Assembly: GCF_024521635.1 (NCBI RefSeq)
Contig: NW_026250440.1
Location: forward strand, 1-64,000
Direction: 5' to 3'
Length of the DNA: 64,000 nucleotides
Source of the DNA: Tricharina praecox
Taxonomy: Eukaryota
Shown here: one piece after another, positions 1 to 14,049 of the stretch
Layout: each line of letters starts with the position of its first letter
Numbering within the stretch: the stretch's first letter is position 1
Notes under the pieces: model-generated
The model's database searches: none
Told to the model about the DNA's origin: nothing
Seen by the model: only the letters and a program-made list of their open reading frames with translations
Program-made: the position numbers and the translations under genes

Positions 1-797
1 CTGATCACATCGCCTTGCCTCTCCAGTTTGATCTGGTTGAGTATGACCTTGTTCAGGGCCGTGCCGATGCAGTACTCGGGGTTGCGGAGGATGTGCTCCC
101 TGAAGAGTCCCATTCCGGTAGCGTATGTGGTCGGCAGCTTGTGGTCGGCGCAGAATATGCGGTTCTAAAGTGAAGCTGTCAGCTCTCTCTCCGGGCACCC
201 ACTGACCCCCGCCGCTCGCCCCCGCCGCCCCCGGCGACACCAAACACACGCAAGTAGATGCTCACCATGTACATCAGCACATCCGTGATCATGCTCATGC
301 AGAGCTGATGATCGTTCCAGACGGCCTGCAGCTGTTCCAGAAACGTCGTTCCACCGCTGCGCTTCTCAATTGTCGCATCTCCGACCATGTTTCCTCCGGT
401 GACGATGATACTCGGAACGAGGGGCTTGACGTCACGCACGGCTACATGCTGGAGGTGCTCGGTAACCAGCTCCTTGACCTGTCGGTAAAGCCGCTCGCCG
501 TGCTTCTTCAACACCAGCTTGTACGCATTCCGGTACAGAGCTTCGAACGACAGGGTCGACGCGTTCTTGTTGTGGATCTCGTTGAGTGATTGCGATAGGA
601 TTTCCCAGACTTCGTTGAAGTCTACTTGGTCTGTAACCAGGCCCTAGTGCAAAGGTAAATGTCAGAAAGGTTGAGAAAAGGGCGGAACACAAAAAAGAGT
701 TTATGCGGGGGAGTGCGTGGGTGGTACGTGGTGGGTGAGTGGGGCAACTTACGCGGCGGGGAGGACGTATCCTGCCGCGGTTTCTGTTGGACATCAT
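1..797 (-). CDS. cul3: Cullin-3, 5' part (runs off the window start); exons 797-753, 643-266, 164-<1
   Basis: Spliced translation MMSNRNRGRIRPPRR/GLVTDQVDFNEVWEILSQSLNEIHNKNASTLSFEELYRNAYKLVLKKHGERLY...WNDHQLCMSMITDVLMYM/NRIF is the Cul3 N-terminus. Both GT-AG introns are phase 0. Confidence 0.93.
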
Positions 798-1672
798 ATT
801 GCTGGCTGGCTGCGGGATTGGGAGAGAAGTTTGTGGAGAGAGCTAAAGAATAGTGTTCACGATAAAATAAGGTGGGGAAGTACAGCGGAGATCCCGTGGG
901 TGTGGAGTGTTGTCGAGGAAGCACGGTTCAGCTGATGGTTGGAGGTGGTGCTGTAATGGGTTGTTGTGGCTGTCGAGATTGTTCTTGAGCTTTGCTCTAA
1001 GGTTGAAGCAGGGCAGCGGCGGCTGTTTTGGACAAGAAGGAGAAATGGCTAGTGCCAAGCCCGAGAAGTAGTTCTGAGTTGTCCCCCCGCCTTTAAGCTG
1101 TCCCTCCATTCAACTGCTCCAATCGACGACATTTTGTGGTCAGCGGCTCTTTCTCGAGACAACCCTACAGCATTTCGAGATCCAATGAAGCCAGGATTGA
1201 TATCTTTCGAGAATCACGGTCTGTTTGGCTCGGCGAAAGTTTGGAGTGGCACGAACACTATCGACGTGGTGACGCTATCATCTACCCTACAACAAAGAGA
1301 AACAGAGTCAAGAGGTGGCAAGCAAGAAACAGAAACAGCGAAACAGACGAGATGAGGCACGAGAGTACAGGTATGATGTAGTTCGGGCACCGGATACGTA
1401 GTCAGCATCCATGAGACCACGCACGGTCCACCAATTGCCTCTCCGTCTGCTGACATTGGCTAGACCGAGTACCTATCAGGTGCGGGGTCTACGGATCACA
1501 TCGAAATTGCACGATAGCCAATGAAGTTGCAGGAAACCATTTGTATTCAAGTCATATGTATTTCTAGCATTGAATCCCATTCGGACATGACAGAGAAGGA
1601 CAACACAGACAAAAGCAAAAGCAAAGCAATCATCTCAAATTCATACCACATTACCGGACAAACCCTCCGCAT

Positions 1673-3016
1673 TTACATCTGCGCGGCGAGATATATCAGT
1701 TGTATGTTCATCTAGGTATCTGGATGGCAGGTAGGTACTCACGCTGGTGTCCAACACATATCGGCCGGCGATCTGGTTGGCCTGCATGAGCTCGTAAATC
1801 TTGGGCAATTCCGACATCTTGACCACCTTGAAGGGTGCCGAGATCAATCCGCGAGCGAAGAAGTCGATAGCCTCCTGGGTGTCCAGTCTGTTACCGACGT
1901 AGCTGCCCTTGATGGTCAACATTCGCACGACCGTGGGGAACACGGACGCCGAGATCTTGGCGCCGGCCGGCAAGCCGACACAGACGACGGCACCTCGGCT
2001 TCGGCAGTACTGTGAGACATTATGTTAGTCATCGGGAATTCGGTGGTGGTGGTGGTGGGGGAGCGCGGGGATGAACAAACCTCAGTAGCCTGCTGGAAGG
2101 GCTTCTCGGAAACAGCCAACAGAATGACAGCGTGTGCACCCAGACCGCCAGTGTTGTTCTTGACGGACTCGACGACGTCCTCCTTCATGAAGTCGACAAA
2201 GACCTCGGCACCGAGCTGCTGAGTGCAGATCTGCTTCTTCTCATCACCCGAGTCCACAGCAATGGTTCGGAATCCCATCGCCTTTGCGTACTGCAGGGCA
2301 AGTGTTCCGAGACCTCCTCCGGCACCGGTGATGACGACGGTGTTACCGGGCTTCGCGCCAGACTCTTTCAGCGCCTTGTACACGGTGATACCACCGCAGA
2401 GAATGGGCGCCATGGCGTCGAGAGGGAGGTGCTTGGGAATGCGTGCGGCATGGCCGGCGTTGACGACGGCGTACTGCTGGAAGGTTCCGTCGCGAGTGTA
2501 GCCGGAGAGGACGGCGTCACCGCAGAGGGGCTCATCAGAGGCCATACCTGTTCACCCCCACCATATTATTAGGGATCTGCAGTCAATCGAACTTGAGGGA
2601 GGCGGAGGGTTCCGGATAAAGAAGCTGGTTGCACGTACAGAAATCACATGCGCCGCAAGAGCTGTTTAGCCACTTGATGCCGGCATGATCGCCAACCTTC
2701 AAGTCCTTGACGAGTTCTCCGACCTGGACAATCACACCGGCTCCTTCGTGGCCTCCAACGAGGGGAAGCTTGGTGTCAAGAGGCCAATCGCCCTTCCATG
2801 CGTGGAGGTCGGTATGGCACACTGTAGTAGAACCTGTCAGCTCCGTGGCTCCCTGTGAACCCAACTAGAGAAGCAATTCTAACCTCCAGTGTACTTGATG
2901 TTGATCAAAACCTCATCGGGTCCTGGGGTTGGCACGGGGATCTGCTTGAGTTCGATAGGACCGCCGCTCTTCTCGAAGACCTGCGCCCACTGCATCTTGG
3001 GGATTTCGACAGCCAT
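1673..3016 (-). CDS. adh1: Zn-dependent alcohol dehydrogenase (ADH1/AlcA type); exons 3016-2884, 2821-2639, 2547-2081, 2009-1743, 1678-1673
   Basis: Motifs GVCHTDLH, GGHEGAG, structural-Zn Cys cluster, GAGGGLG NAD-binding motif, IKGSYVGNR and [12 protein letters not shown] introns restore the frame. Confidence 0.95.
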
Positions 3017-5305
3017 TGTGTGAGGTGTTTTTGGTGGATTGTGAGAGGAAGAGGAGGAGGAAGATGTAGTTTTTGGTATTGCGGAGATTGCTGAAGCTCG
3101 GATTCTCTGATGGTCTGGATGGGGATGGCGAGATGGAGAGGAAAGATATCAGCTCATAGGGGCGAACCGAGGAGGTTCTTATACCTCTGGCCCTTTCAGA
3201 TAGCTGCGTGAGCTCGATATTTCGGAGCTGCGTCGTCATTGACCTATTTGTGGTTCCACCCCAGTTTACGCGGGGTGAAACGTCACTATTGGATGTTTTT
3301 TTCTCTCATCCTATGCTTCCGGATCTCTCGGGACCCTTCACGCCGAGCAAGCAAAGATCAGCCGGCGGTCTCTCGATCCCTTTCCACCACCACCAACAAC
3401 ACCGTTCGCCCGCATGGGAAAGGCCCAACACCGTTCGCACGACTACTTTTTTGGCTCCGCCTCGTACACGCAGCCCCTAGGACGAGATGATTGATTCCTC
3501 CGAAACATCCCCCCCCGCATCTCTTCGTGGATCCAAGCCATCTACGTTCTGGGGATCTCGTACATACGGACAGATGGAAAGATCGCATGCAAGGCACTGC
3601 GGGCGTTTGGCGGGGGGGAAGGGAGAGACAGCATGGATTGGGGGCTGCAAAGATGGCGGGGGTGGGGGATACACAGCATCTCCAGTGTCCAATGCCCACA
3701 GCACAATGGCGTGAAAGATGCGGGTAGGCTACTTTATCTCAAGCGCTCTTCCCTTCGCCCTACGAATCCGGAGTGTGGGGTGCATAAGTGTACATTTGGC
3801 GGTCCATCAGCTAGCATGGTGTAACTAGTGCCCTTCGCACGGACGGATGCAACCAACCCCCCAGTGACGTTGCACATACGAGCCGGATCCCCGATCCCCG
3901 ATGCTCAACGAGGGCGGGGGGATACAACGGATGGATGACCGGTTGTTGGGTCTGTTATTTTGTTCGAGCGTTGTTTTCTGGGAGTCGAGCGAGAGAGCTC
4001 TGGTGAGTGATAGTCTTCCGATCGTTAGCAGGGCTCGGTTTTAGCGGGCCGTGGGGGGTGGGGGGTGGAACAACCACGATACGGACACGAGACTTCTTTG
4101 GTGGCGGATTCGGCGGGACCTGGAGCTACCGACTGCGCCGAATCGACCGGCTGATTCCGGTGGTTCCGCCAAGCTTGCCGGCGTGGCGGGATCGAAGTGT
4201 GTTACCATGATAGTGCCAAGTGGGGTGCTTCTTGGGGCCAGAACCGTGGCTATCTTTCCGCAGACCTACTATGGAGTAGAGTACCGTACCGAGTTGGGTG
4301 CCTGGCATCGTACGTTGCTGAAGATTTCTGGTTTACACACCCAGCTATGAGATAGGAGCAATTAAGGATGACCGTCTCGGTAATGTCGCCGCTGCATTGA
4401 GGAACCCCCAACCAAGAGTGAGAGGGGAGATGTGAATGATGCTGGGGGTTGTGGTCTGACTTTCTTTCGATGCCGACTACTAGCCATGGGAGAAGAGATT
4501 AAGGCGAGACGTGATCGTAGCTGGGCCCCCGGTGAGCTTTTAGCTATCTGCAACTCACTGCATCTGTTATCCGCTAGAATCTGGCAAAAGCCGCGAAGCT
4601 ACTTTGTGTACATGCTAGCAATGTTTGAGGTGTTGATCTCCCCACACGTACGCGTGTATCACGGTAGTGGGCCGGTAGGTAGCTGTGTGAGTAACTAATG
4701 GATGCGCCGCGGTGAGAACGCCGAACCATTAGGTGGAATCGCATGCGAAACCGACCGAGCCGGACGGATTTCGGCCTTTCCTAAGGCCCGCCGCCGTCGT
4801 CGACGCCACCGCTCATTCTCGTTCTCGGTCCCGTTCTTAGTTCCAAACCATCAGATCGATCCTAGAGTTCGTGTGTGCGTTCTTCTCCTTCGGTGAGCGC
4901 CATTCGCGGCCTCTCGATCACCGGCGATGCGTCAGCTAGAGTACGTACCGTACATACAGACCAAGGACCTCCACCGACGACGACGCCCATAGGTACATAG
5001 TCCTCGTATCCCATTGCTTTTCCTCCTCCTTCTGAGACATATAGGTATCGCGGACGGACGGACGGACGGATAATCCAGCCCAGGCATCGACGGAGCAGCG
5101 GAATCACTAACTGCATACATACTCTACTCTACATACATGCATTCACGAATGTCGTCCGGCGGCGGAGTGACCGCGCATGCAGGTGTGTATGCACCCCACC
5201 TCCAACTACTCTAGGTAGCTCTGCGAACACTGGACGAGCCTGGCTTGACCAGTACCCAGTCGGTGCCTGGGATCTGCAGCAGATCCCTCCCTCCCCCCCA
5301 GACTC

Positions 5306-5777
5306 CTATGGTTGGGGACGCCTATACCCGATGGAAAAACACCACCAACTTTGACACCTATCTTCTTCACCAAAAAGTTTTTTTTGAACAAAAACTCTTT
5401 ATTAATCGATAGAGAATCGGATGGCCGTAATTTAAATAACGTCCGATTAATTTTAAGACGCATGGTTGTGGAGAAGAAGAATTTACAAAATAAATCATTT
5501 TGTTTGGAGGCCAACCCAATGTCCCTCCCCTGTCATCACCCAATTCACCCATGTTTGCACTGAATTTGCCCATTCTGGGCCCATGGACAGCCAAATCGGG
5601 CAAGCCAAGAACCATTTTAGGCTGAAAATTAGACGAAATAGGCATAAAATGGAATTCAAAATGCCTATTTTTGCTAAAAGAAAATCTCAAAAATCGCTAT
5701 TTATTACCCATTTTGTAATTAATTCGATTTTTCCACTAATGTCCCATCCCATCGGCTCTAGGAGTCCCCAACCATAG
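5306..5777. mobile_element. MITE-like non-autonomous DNA element, ~470 bp
   Basis: Left end ctatggttggggacgcctatacccgatgg vs reverse complement of right end ctatggttggggactcctagagccgatgg (26/29 match). The interior is sharply AT-rich relative to the flanks and has no credible ORF. Confidence 0.75.
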
Positions 5778-7988
5778 CGCTGCCGAGTTGGTTGTCAGGA
5801 CTCAGATTACTAGGCGGACGAGTGGGAGTTCGTGAGTTGCGCGCGCTGGACTTTATTTTCTGACGAATCCTCGCTACTACTCTACATACCCAGTTACGGT
5901 ACTACGGGAGAGCCCATCCCGGTATTTATTGTACAGTACAGTACAATACAAAGAATCCGGAGAGCCAATCGTACGTGCAGCTGGACAAATGTGTTTCTCC
6001 CTTTCTGCGCGCGCGGAATCGAGCCGAGTGCGAGAGACGGCGCTAAATAACTACCCCTCCGGATCGAAGCGTTAGTTGTGTATGTACGACTGGCATTCTG
6101 GCTTGCTGTTGGAGGTTGAGGCGTCAGCTTCAGGCGGGTGGAGAAGCTTGCGGAGAAGCTTGCGGAGAAGATGGGGGAGGATTGCCGAGTTGTGGAGCGG
6201 AGTGGCCGAATGCTGGAATGGATAACTACCGGTACTTATGAAGGAGTGGGCGTGAGTGATAGAAGAACGGTGGCTTCGGTATATATGACAGATGAGTTTG
6301 GGCTTATGCTGGACGGTGTACTGGTATAACTAGTATAAGTACCCTATGATTGCGCAAGCAAGCACTTAGGTATTTGACTGTGATGTCCAGTCCTCTAAAC
6401 GCGGGAATGGCCATTGACCAAGTCTGGTGAGAATCGATCCCTCCCCCTCCCCAAAACCCACGGCTCCCTCGAGTGAGTGTACGGTGCAATACGGTACCGC
6501 TTGCTGGGAACCTCCAGGCATCTCCAGCTACCTACCATACTCCGGGCCTTCTCCAGAGTCCAGGCACAAGTTACAACCCAACTCTATATTATGGAAGCGG
6601 CTGCTTATCTCTGTCTCTCTCGTGTCGACTCAGCCTGGCACGCACATGGAATTTCGCATCGCAGTTTCACGCCGGGATGGACTCTCAGATCGCACGCAAA
6701 GGAAGGGAGACGAAATTTCTATTGCGCCCGGGAAAGCATAGTGCCGGTACCTTGAGTACTCTACCTGTCAGTCGGAATCCGGTCGTGAACTAGGACATAG
6801 ATAGACAAGGAATGAAGAGTTTCGTCACCAGGGTCCGGGGCTTTTGTTTTATAGTAGTTAACTATCGTATGTAGTAGGGTGTGGACATCGCATTGGCAAA
6901 ACTCCGTGGGCACTTGGGAATCCCTTATGCACTCCTATATTACGGTCGGAGCGTGCGTTTGCCACAGTTCTGGAAGCGAAAAGAACGCTGGTGTAAGTAC
7001 TATAATGTGCAGGGCTGGTGGGGCTTTCTGGTTTTCCTATGATGGCAGGTGGGGGAGCTGGGGGGAGTTTAGGGTTGCGGTTGCGGTTGCTGGGTTTCAT
7101 AGGCGCCAGCCACATGGGTCAGTCGTCGTTTGAAGACGACCATTCTGAAACGCTCTCTGTTTTGACCCCGACGACGTCGATACATTCTTACCTAAGTACC
7201 CATCTACATACACCATCTACTTACTCCCCGTCCTTTGCCTTCACGATGGGGTTTCTCTGCAAAAAAAAAACCAACACTTATCTTGTACCTCGCACTCGGC
7301 AGAGCTGCAACGCCGCAAGCAAGCAAGCCGGTGCGTTTCAGAAGCAGTATGCTCATACCTCTCTGATACGGTATGCTGCCGTGCTACAAGCCCGGGGCCT
7401 TGGTATCTTTGCCCAATGCTACCCACAATCCTGCCAATAGTTACGCCGTGTGAGGTTCCAACTTCTCATATCAATGCAGTTATACCGCTATCCGCCCAGC
7501 AAATGCATGTGTGAGGGGATAGTCCGAAGTCGTCCTCGGATTCTGAAGCTCGCAGGCGTTTTGAAGTGCTCTTTGACGTGATGCATTTTCCCGTGGAGCT
7601 TCCCTACTTTACGCAGGCTGCCTCCTGCTCGTCCTCCTGCTCTTTCAGTTCTCCATCCTCACTTTCTGCTCGATATCTTTCTCTTCTTATAAGCAGAACA
7701 CCCGGTGTGTGTGCGTGTTTACGTTCGGTCCTTTTCGTTTCGACTGCACTTTCCATACCTTCTCTCTGTAATACTTAGGACGGGCTCCTACATTCAACAC
7801 TTCCGCAGGCCGAATAATAATACCCTTTGCTTTTCCACTACCTGACGACCGGGCCGGACTTAATATCCCCCATTCTTTGTGAGTCCTCCCTCATCCTCCT
7901 TCAAGAAGACGGAGATTAACGGTTATGGTGGTGGTGTTGGTTGTAGATACTTCACCCTCCCGGCGAGGTACACCGTACATAAACCGAA

Positions 7989-10626
7989 ATGATGCCATCA
8001 AGATATACGAAAGGATGTTCACGAACCGGGCTCCTGGCAATACTTGCACTCCACTTATTGGGCGGATTCACACATGTCCATGCGTCACCGTATGGACCAG
8101 TATACCAAGATGCTCCGGCGCCGGAACATGTCTCCTCGACAGCGGCGGCGGTGGTGGTTGAACACCCGGCTTCGACGGCGCCGATGGTACATGAGACCAC
8201 AACGGCGGCGGCGGAGATGGTGCATGATACTGTAACGACGACGGCGATGGTCCATGAGACCGCGACGGAAGCGGCGGTGTCGGTGTCGGTGGTGGTTTCG
8301 ACGGAGACGGAGACGGTCCACGCGGTGGAAACGGTCCATCAGGTCGAGACGGTACACGTGGTGGAATCAGTCCCGGTCACTGAGCGAGTAACGGAGCATG
8401 TCACGATACACATGACGGAGACGGTTCAGCAGCATGTGACGGAGCTCATGACGGTGAGGATCCTTCGAGATTGGAGTCGATGATGGGGACTAATCGGATG
8501 TACATACATAGGTGGTTGAGACGTTGCCGCCCGTCCATGTTACGATGCTCGTTACGAAGATGGTGACGGAAGTGTCGATGCACGTGGTTCCCACAACCGT
8601 TGTCGAACTGCAGACCGAGATCATGGTGGTCAGTTGTTCCGCCCCTGCGGCGTGGGATATGGCTAACGAGTGATAGCACACCGCCGTTCTCACCAGCATC
8701 GTCCCCACGACGATCGTGCACACCATGCCTCCGGTTGTCGAGACGGTGATGGAGCAAGTCACGGCCACTGAGACACTGATCCACACGCAAGTCCAGCAGG
8801 TCGTGTCGACGAAGATACAACTGTCGCATATCGTGCAGACGATGTTCCAGACGGAGACGCAGGTACAGGTACACGAAACCACTGCCACGGCGACGCAGGT
8901 TGTACACAGCGTCGCAACCGAGACAGTTCAGAACGTCCTGACCGCCACCGAAACTGCAACCGCTACGGCGACGCAAGTGGTCCACAGCATCGCGACGGAA
9001 CTCAAGACCGCTACCGAAACGGTCCAGAACGTCCTGACCGCAACGGAAACCACCGTCTCGGTGGCAACGGAAGTCGTTCACAGCATCCAGACAGAAACTA
9101 TCCATCAAGTTGTCGAAAGCGTCCGCACCGAGACGGCGACCGCAACTGCAACTCAAACTGCAGTCCATGTTTCCGTCCAGACTGAAGTGATAAACAATAT
9201 TCTCACGCAGACGCAAACCGCTGTACACGTTTCCGTCCAGACTGAAGTGGTCAATAACATCCTCACGCAGACGGCCACTGCCACTCAAACCGTCCACAAT
9301 ATCCTCACGGAGACGATTAATAATGTCCAAACGGAGGTGCTGCATAGTGTTTCCACTGCCACTGCCACTGCAACTGCAACTGCTACAGAGACAGTGCATA
9401 ACATCCTCACCGAGACTGTCAACAACGTGCAGACGGAGGTGCTTGAGAGTATTCTTACACGGACTGCCACTGCAACAGAGACAGTCCACAATATCCTCAC
9501 CGAGACCGTCAACAACGTTCAAACTGAGATACTCGAGAGCATCCTCACACAGACCGCCACAGCTACTGCCACCGAGACTGTCCACGCCATCCAAACCGAA
9601 ACGGCCACTGCCACTGCCACCGAGGTGATCCATAGCATCTCAACCCTCATCTCGACCCAGCTTCTCGCTGGTACCCCCGCCCCGCCCACATCCGCCGTAC
9701 ATGTAACCTCGACCGTGACCGTCTGTACAGTCTGCACCACCACCTCAATGGCACACACCGTGACCGTCACGCCCCCCGCCGCCGACACCTCCATGGTCCA
9801 CACCATCACTGCGGCGCCTTCAACATCCGCACCCCCCGCCGCCGCAACAACAACCCACACCGTAACCGTTGGCGGCACCTCAGGGCTAATCTACACACCC
9901 TCGTCCCTTACCGCCTCTGTGGGCGATGTAGTCCACTTTATGTTCTACTCACAGAACCACACCGTAACGCAATCGACCTTTGCCCTCCCCTGCGTCGCAG
10001 ACTCCTCCAACGTCGGCTCCGGCTTCCAGCCCAACACGGACAACGCGCTCATGCCGCCGCCAACATGGGACTACACGGTTGAGACCGCCGACGCTACATG
10101 GTGGTTCTGCGCACAGAGCACGCACTGCGGCAAGGGCATGGTATTTGCGATCAATCCGACGGCAGAGAAGACGTACGAGGCGTTCAAAAACGCTGCTGTG
10201 GCGCAGAACGGTAGTGCAGAGGCGTGGCCGAGTTACCGGCCCACCACTATGTTGACGTTGACACGGAGTGCGAGCGAGACGAGGTCCGAGGATCCGGCTA
10301 TGTCTACTTCGACGGAGGCAGCCACAGCTACACCGATAATGACAATGACAATGACCTCCGCTACCTCCGCCGCCGCCGCCGCAACAGAGGCGACGACAAC
10401 GGTCACTTCCTCTGCCACGGCTACAACTAGCACGACCGTTACCTCTCCCCCCCCCTCCCCCGTGGCTACAACTCCGGCCGAGGAGGCTGCCCCGCCGCCG
10501 CCGCTGGCAACCGCCCTCCCGGCCGTCACAGACTCAAAACCCGTACTGGACCTGGGAGACTACCCGACCTCCCTGTTGACCAACGGGCTGGTGATTCATA
10601 TACCCGCGCCTACTGCCACGGCCTAA
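7989..10626 (+). CDS. Secreted Thr/Val/His-rich repeat protein with cupredoxin domain (~843 aa); exons 7989-8453, 8512-8628, 8677-10626
   Basis: Signal-like N-terminus (GLLAILALHLLGGFTHVHA), two phase-0 GT-AG introns with branch points, long T/V/E/H repeats, then THTVTVGG...QNHTVTQSTFALPC...WWFCAQSTHCGKGMVFAINP cupredoxin motif. Confidence 0.85.
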
Positions 10627-10948
10627 GTATTTGGCTGGCAGTTGTTTACTTCCTTCTCTTTGTTGTGCGCAAAATATAATTATTATTAGTATGGGTTGAT
10701 ATGTATGACGAAATGTGGCGTGCTGCGTGCGCGCTTCTACTTGATGTATCTCCTTTTGTTTATGAGTGTGGGGTAGTTATAGGTACTATTAGCATGGGAG
10801 AGTTGGCGAATTAGAATACAGTCCATCATTCACAAGCTATCTCCTAGGTATCCGATATAGATATACCGAGCGTAGGATCACTTCCAAAATTCATTCCATT
10901 CATCCGCGAATCATCATCACACATTATAAATCCTACTCTCCCATATGT

Positions 10949-13917
10949 CTATACCACGCCCGTAATCCTCCTAACCGTCCTCCTCGCGCCATCACCATGT
11001 ACCCTGACGGCGCCCTCTGCCTCCGCGGCCCTCAGGGCCTCGGCAAACTCCATATTCTCCACGGTAACGCCACTCTGCTCCTGAATCTTGCTCAGCAGCT
11101 CATTATACCTGATGCTTCCGCCAGAGCCCATGCTCTCATCAAGGAGCTTGATGATAGCCGATTTAAGATCCGACTTCCTGCGACGCTCGGAGCCCGATAT
11201 ACCGGCAAGGAGGTCCATATCGATGCGACCCGTGACCGGATCGGTGGCGGACTCCTTGATGGCCGACTTGATGAGGCGCACGGCCTCCTTGACGTCGTCG
11301 ACAGTGACGGTTTCCGACAGGCGCATCTTAGCGTGGGCCTCCGCGAGGCGGATCATGCTCTCGAGCTGGCGGGTGGTGGCAGTGATGCGGCGCTCCGCGG
11401 CGCGCACGTCTTCGCCCAGCTTGCGCAGCGCGACGTACGCGGTCACGAGCTCGTCGCCCGCCTCGGCTGTGAGCTTCGGGTGGATGTTTTGGCGCGCGTA
11501 CGAGATGTACGCCGTGAGGGTCTCGACAGGGATCACTTCGGCTTCCGTGGCGTGCACGGGCCGGTCCTCGAGGTACATTCCGACCAGGTGCCGCGCCAGC
11601 TTGCGGTCTGTAGCTTCGTCGACGCGGTCGAGCACGAGGTATACCAGATCGAAACGGGAGAGGAGCGTGGGCGGGAGGTCGATATTCTGGGGAACCGGAA
11701 GGTTGGGGTTGTACTTGGAGCCGATGGGGTTGGCGGAGGCGAGAATGGAAGTGCGCGCGTTGAGAGTGGTGATGATACCGGCTTTGGCGATGGAGACAGT
11801 TTGCTGCTCCATCACTTCGTGAAGAACGGACCGCGTCGAATCGGACATCTTGTCGAATTCGTCGATGCAGCAGACTCCGCCGTCGGAAAGGACCAGAGCT
11901 CCGGACTCCAGGACCAGTTGACGGGTCTCGGGGTCACGAGTGACATAGGCCGTAAGACCGACCGCGGAGGATCCCTTACCGGATGTGTAGATTCCTCTAG
12001 GGGCGATCTTGTGAACGTATTGCAAGAGCTGGGATTTAGAGGTAGATGGGTCACCGCACAGCAGGACATTGATGTCACCTCTGTATCGTGGCGCTCCGCC
12101 CTTTTCGAATGTCTTGTTCGTACCGCCAAAGAGCTGCAGCAGGACACCCTTCTTCACGTCGTCAAGCTCGTAAATGCTGGGCGCCAAAGAGCGAGAAAGA
12201 AGCTCGTAAATGTCATAACGCGCACCGAGGGCCTTAATCTTGCTCACTTCATCATCTGTGAGTTTTCGGACCTCATCCACATCCGCCATGACCGCATTCG
12301 CAACCTCAGCCTCCAAGGTCGAGGTATCTTGTCCCATGCGGCGCTTGTCGACCTTCTGGATGTGTAGTACGTCGACGTACGTCTTGAACAGATTCTTGAT
12401 GGACCGCTGGCGAGGATTCACCCGCACTGGGATGGACCTGAAGATTCCCGTGACTTCGATCCGATCTCCAGCCCTGGCAACATCGCAAAGCTCATCGTAG
12501 CAGCAGAGGGAAACAGCGTGAGGTGTCTGTCCGTCTGGGATATTGTCTGGAGTCTCCTGGAGCTTTATAACCTGCTTGTCCTGGAAATCGGAGCGGTTGT
12601 GCACGATTTGCATGGAATTGGGCGTCTTGCAGACCTCTCTGGGGCACTCGGTGGGTTCCGCGATCTTGCCGCGGTCAATCTCGACGGTCACGGTATGGCC
12701 ACAGACATGACAACGGAAGAACGCTTTGGACATGTCCGGAATGATTGACGAAACTCGGATCACCAGACCCTTGATGCAGACAACCTTGTCGATATCTTAG
12801 AACTAGTCAGTTACCATTTCTCCATACATTGCGGACGGACACGACATACCAGAAGGATTGAGGTCCCTCATGTTGATGCTCTTATCGCAATTAAACGGCC
12901 TTGCCTTGTAATTTCTACCCAAGCACTTGTCGTATTCCTCATCGGTTGCTCCGATCCTCACAAGATACTCCAACATCTCATCTTTGACGGCCGTATCCAT
13001 GATGGGAATGCACTCCTGGGGGTATGCATGCAGTTGGTGATAGAACTTCTTGGTGGGCGGGAAAGCCTTCAAATTCTGCACATCCAAGTTCAAACATGTT
13101 GTCTCCAGATCTCTCATTTGCTTCATCATATCCTGATAAACCAACTCTTCGCCCTGGCCGGGGTGAATAAACTCATTCTCCTGGCGCATGCGGTACTTGC
13201 GTTTAAACTCGTGCAAGAATTTGCGGAATGCTAGGGTGCACTCCTCGACCGAGACGTTTGTACCCCAGATCAACCGTTTGGGTCCGTCCGGAAGTTCAGA
13301 GGTAGGTCCGGCGCTGTAGGTAGGGGCGTCGGAGAGTAGGTCGGCGGCCGCATCACTGCCCATCGGTACACCGTTCTCGTCGACGTACAGGAGGCGACGG
13401 TGGCTGGGGGTAGACCTCAGATCGGAAAACTGGAGATCTCCTCGGCGAGAGCGCGCGGGAGTTGTTCCGAAGGCAGCTCCTCCACGGCTGTAACAGGTCA
13501 TCAGCATCGCAATACGACACCAGTCTCTCAATGTTTCACGTACCTCGAGCGAATGGCGCTGGCACTTGAGCCCGGAAGGCCAGAAGATCTCGGGGTTCGT
13601 CCATCCCTTGGGGGAGACGAAGATGCATATCTCAGTGGCGAGGAATCTCGGAAAGCATCCGAATTTTGCGGTAAAGGGGTGGATGCCGGTGCGGCGGCCG
13701 GTGAGCTTTGCCTTCCTCGGTCTGACGACGGAACTGGCGACGATGTGAGTCCTTCGGGGAAGAGCGGAGACGTTCCCCTCACTGAAGACCCCGCCGGGGG
13801 CGCAAGAGGAGCATTCCGTCCAGTACGAGAAGCACGGGGAGTGGATTGCTGGGAGGATGGTGGCTGGTTCGAGGGCTGACGGGAACTGCGTCTTGAAGAC
13901 ATTGCTGCGGCAGACAC
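10949..13917 (-). CDS. mcm4: DNA replication licensing factor MCM4; exons 13917-13544, 13487-12850, 12795-10949
   Basis: S/P-rich N-tail, IWGTNVS motif, zinc finger, Walker A GDPSTSKS, IDEFDKM, arginine finger SRFD, winged-helix C-terminus. Confidence 0.97.
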
Positions 13918-14049
13918 GGAGCTGGGCTAGGAATTGATATTCGTATTTGGTGTCTGTGCGCGTATGAGTGTTGATGATGACAGTTTGATGGAGGGGTATC
14001 AAGTGGGTATCTCAATGGTAAAACGGAAAGGCAGCACCGACAACAAATA

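Noticed and set aside
5206..5777. Short ORFs within the AT-rich element
   Set aside because: No transposase motifs; consistent with a non-coding MITE interior.
8446..9633. 395-aa antisense ORF
   Set aside because: By-product of the repetitive Thr/Val codons of the sense gene.
10997..12367. 456-aa plus-strand ORF
   Set aside because: Antisense shadow of MCM4 caused by GC-rich codon bias; no recognisable motifs.
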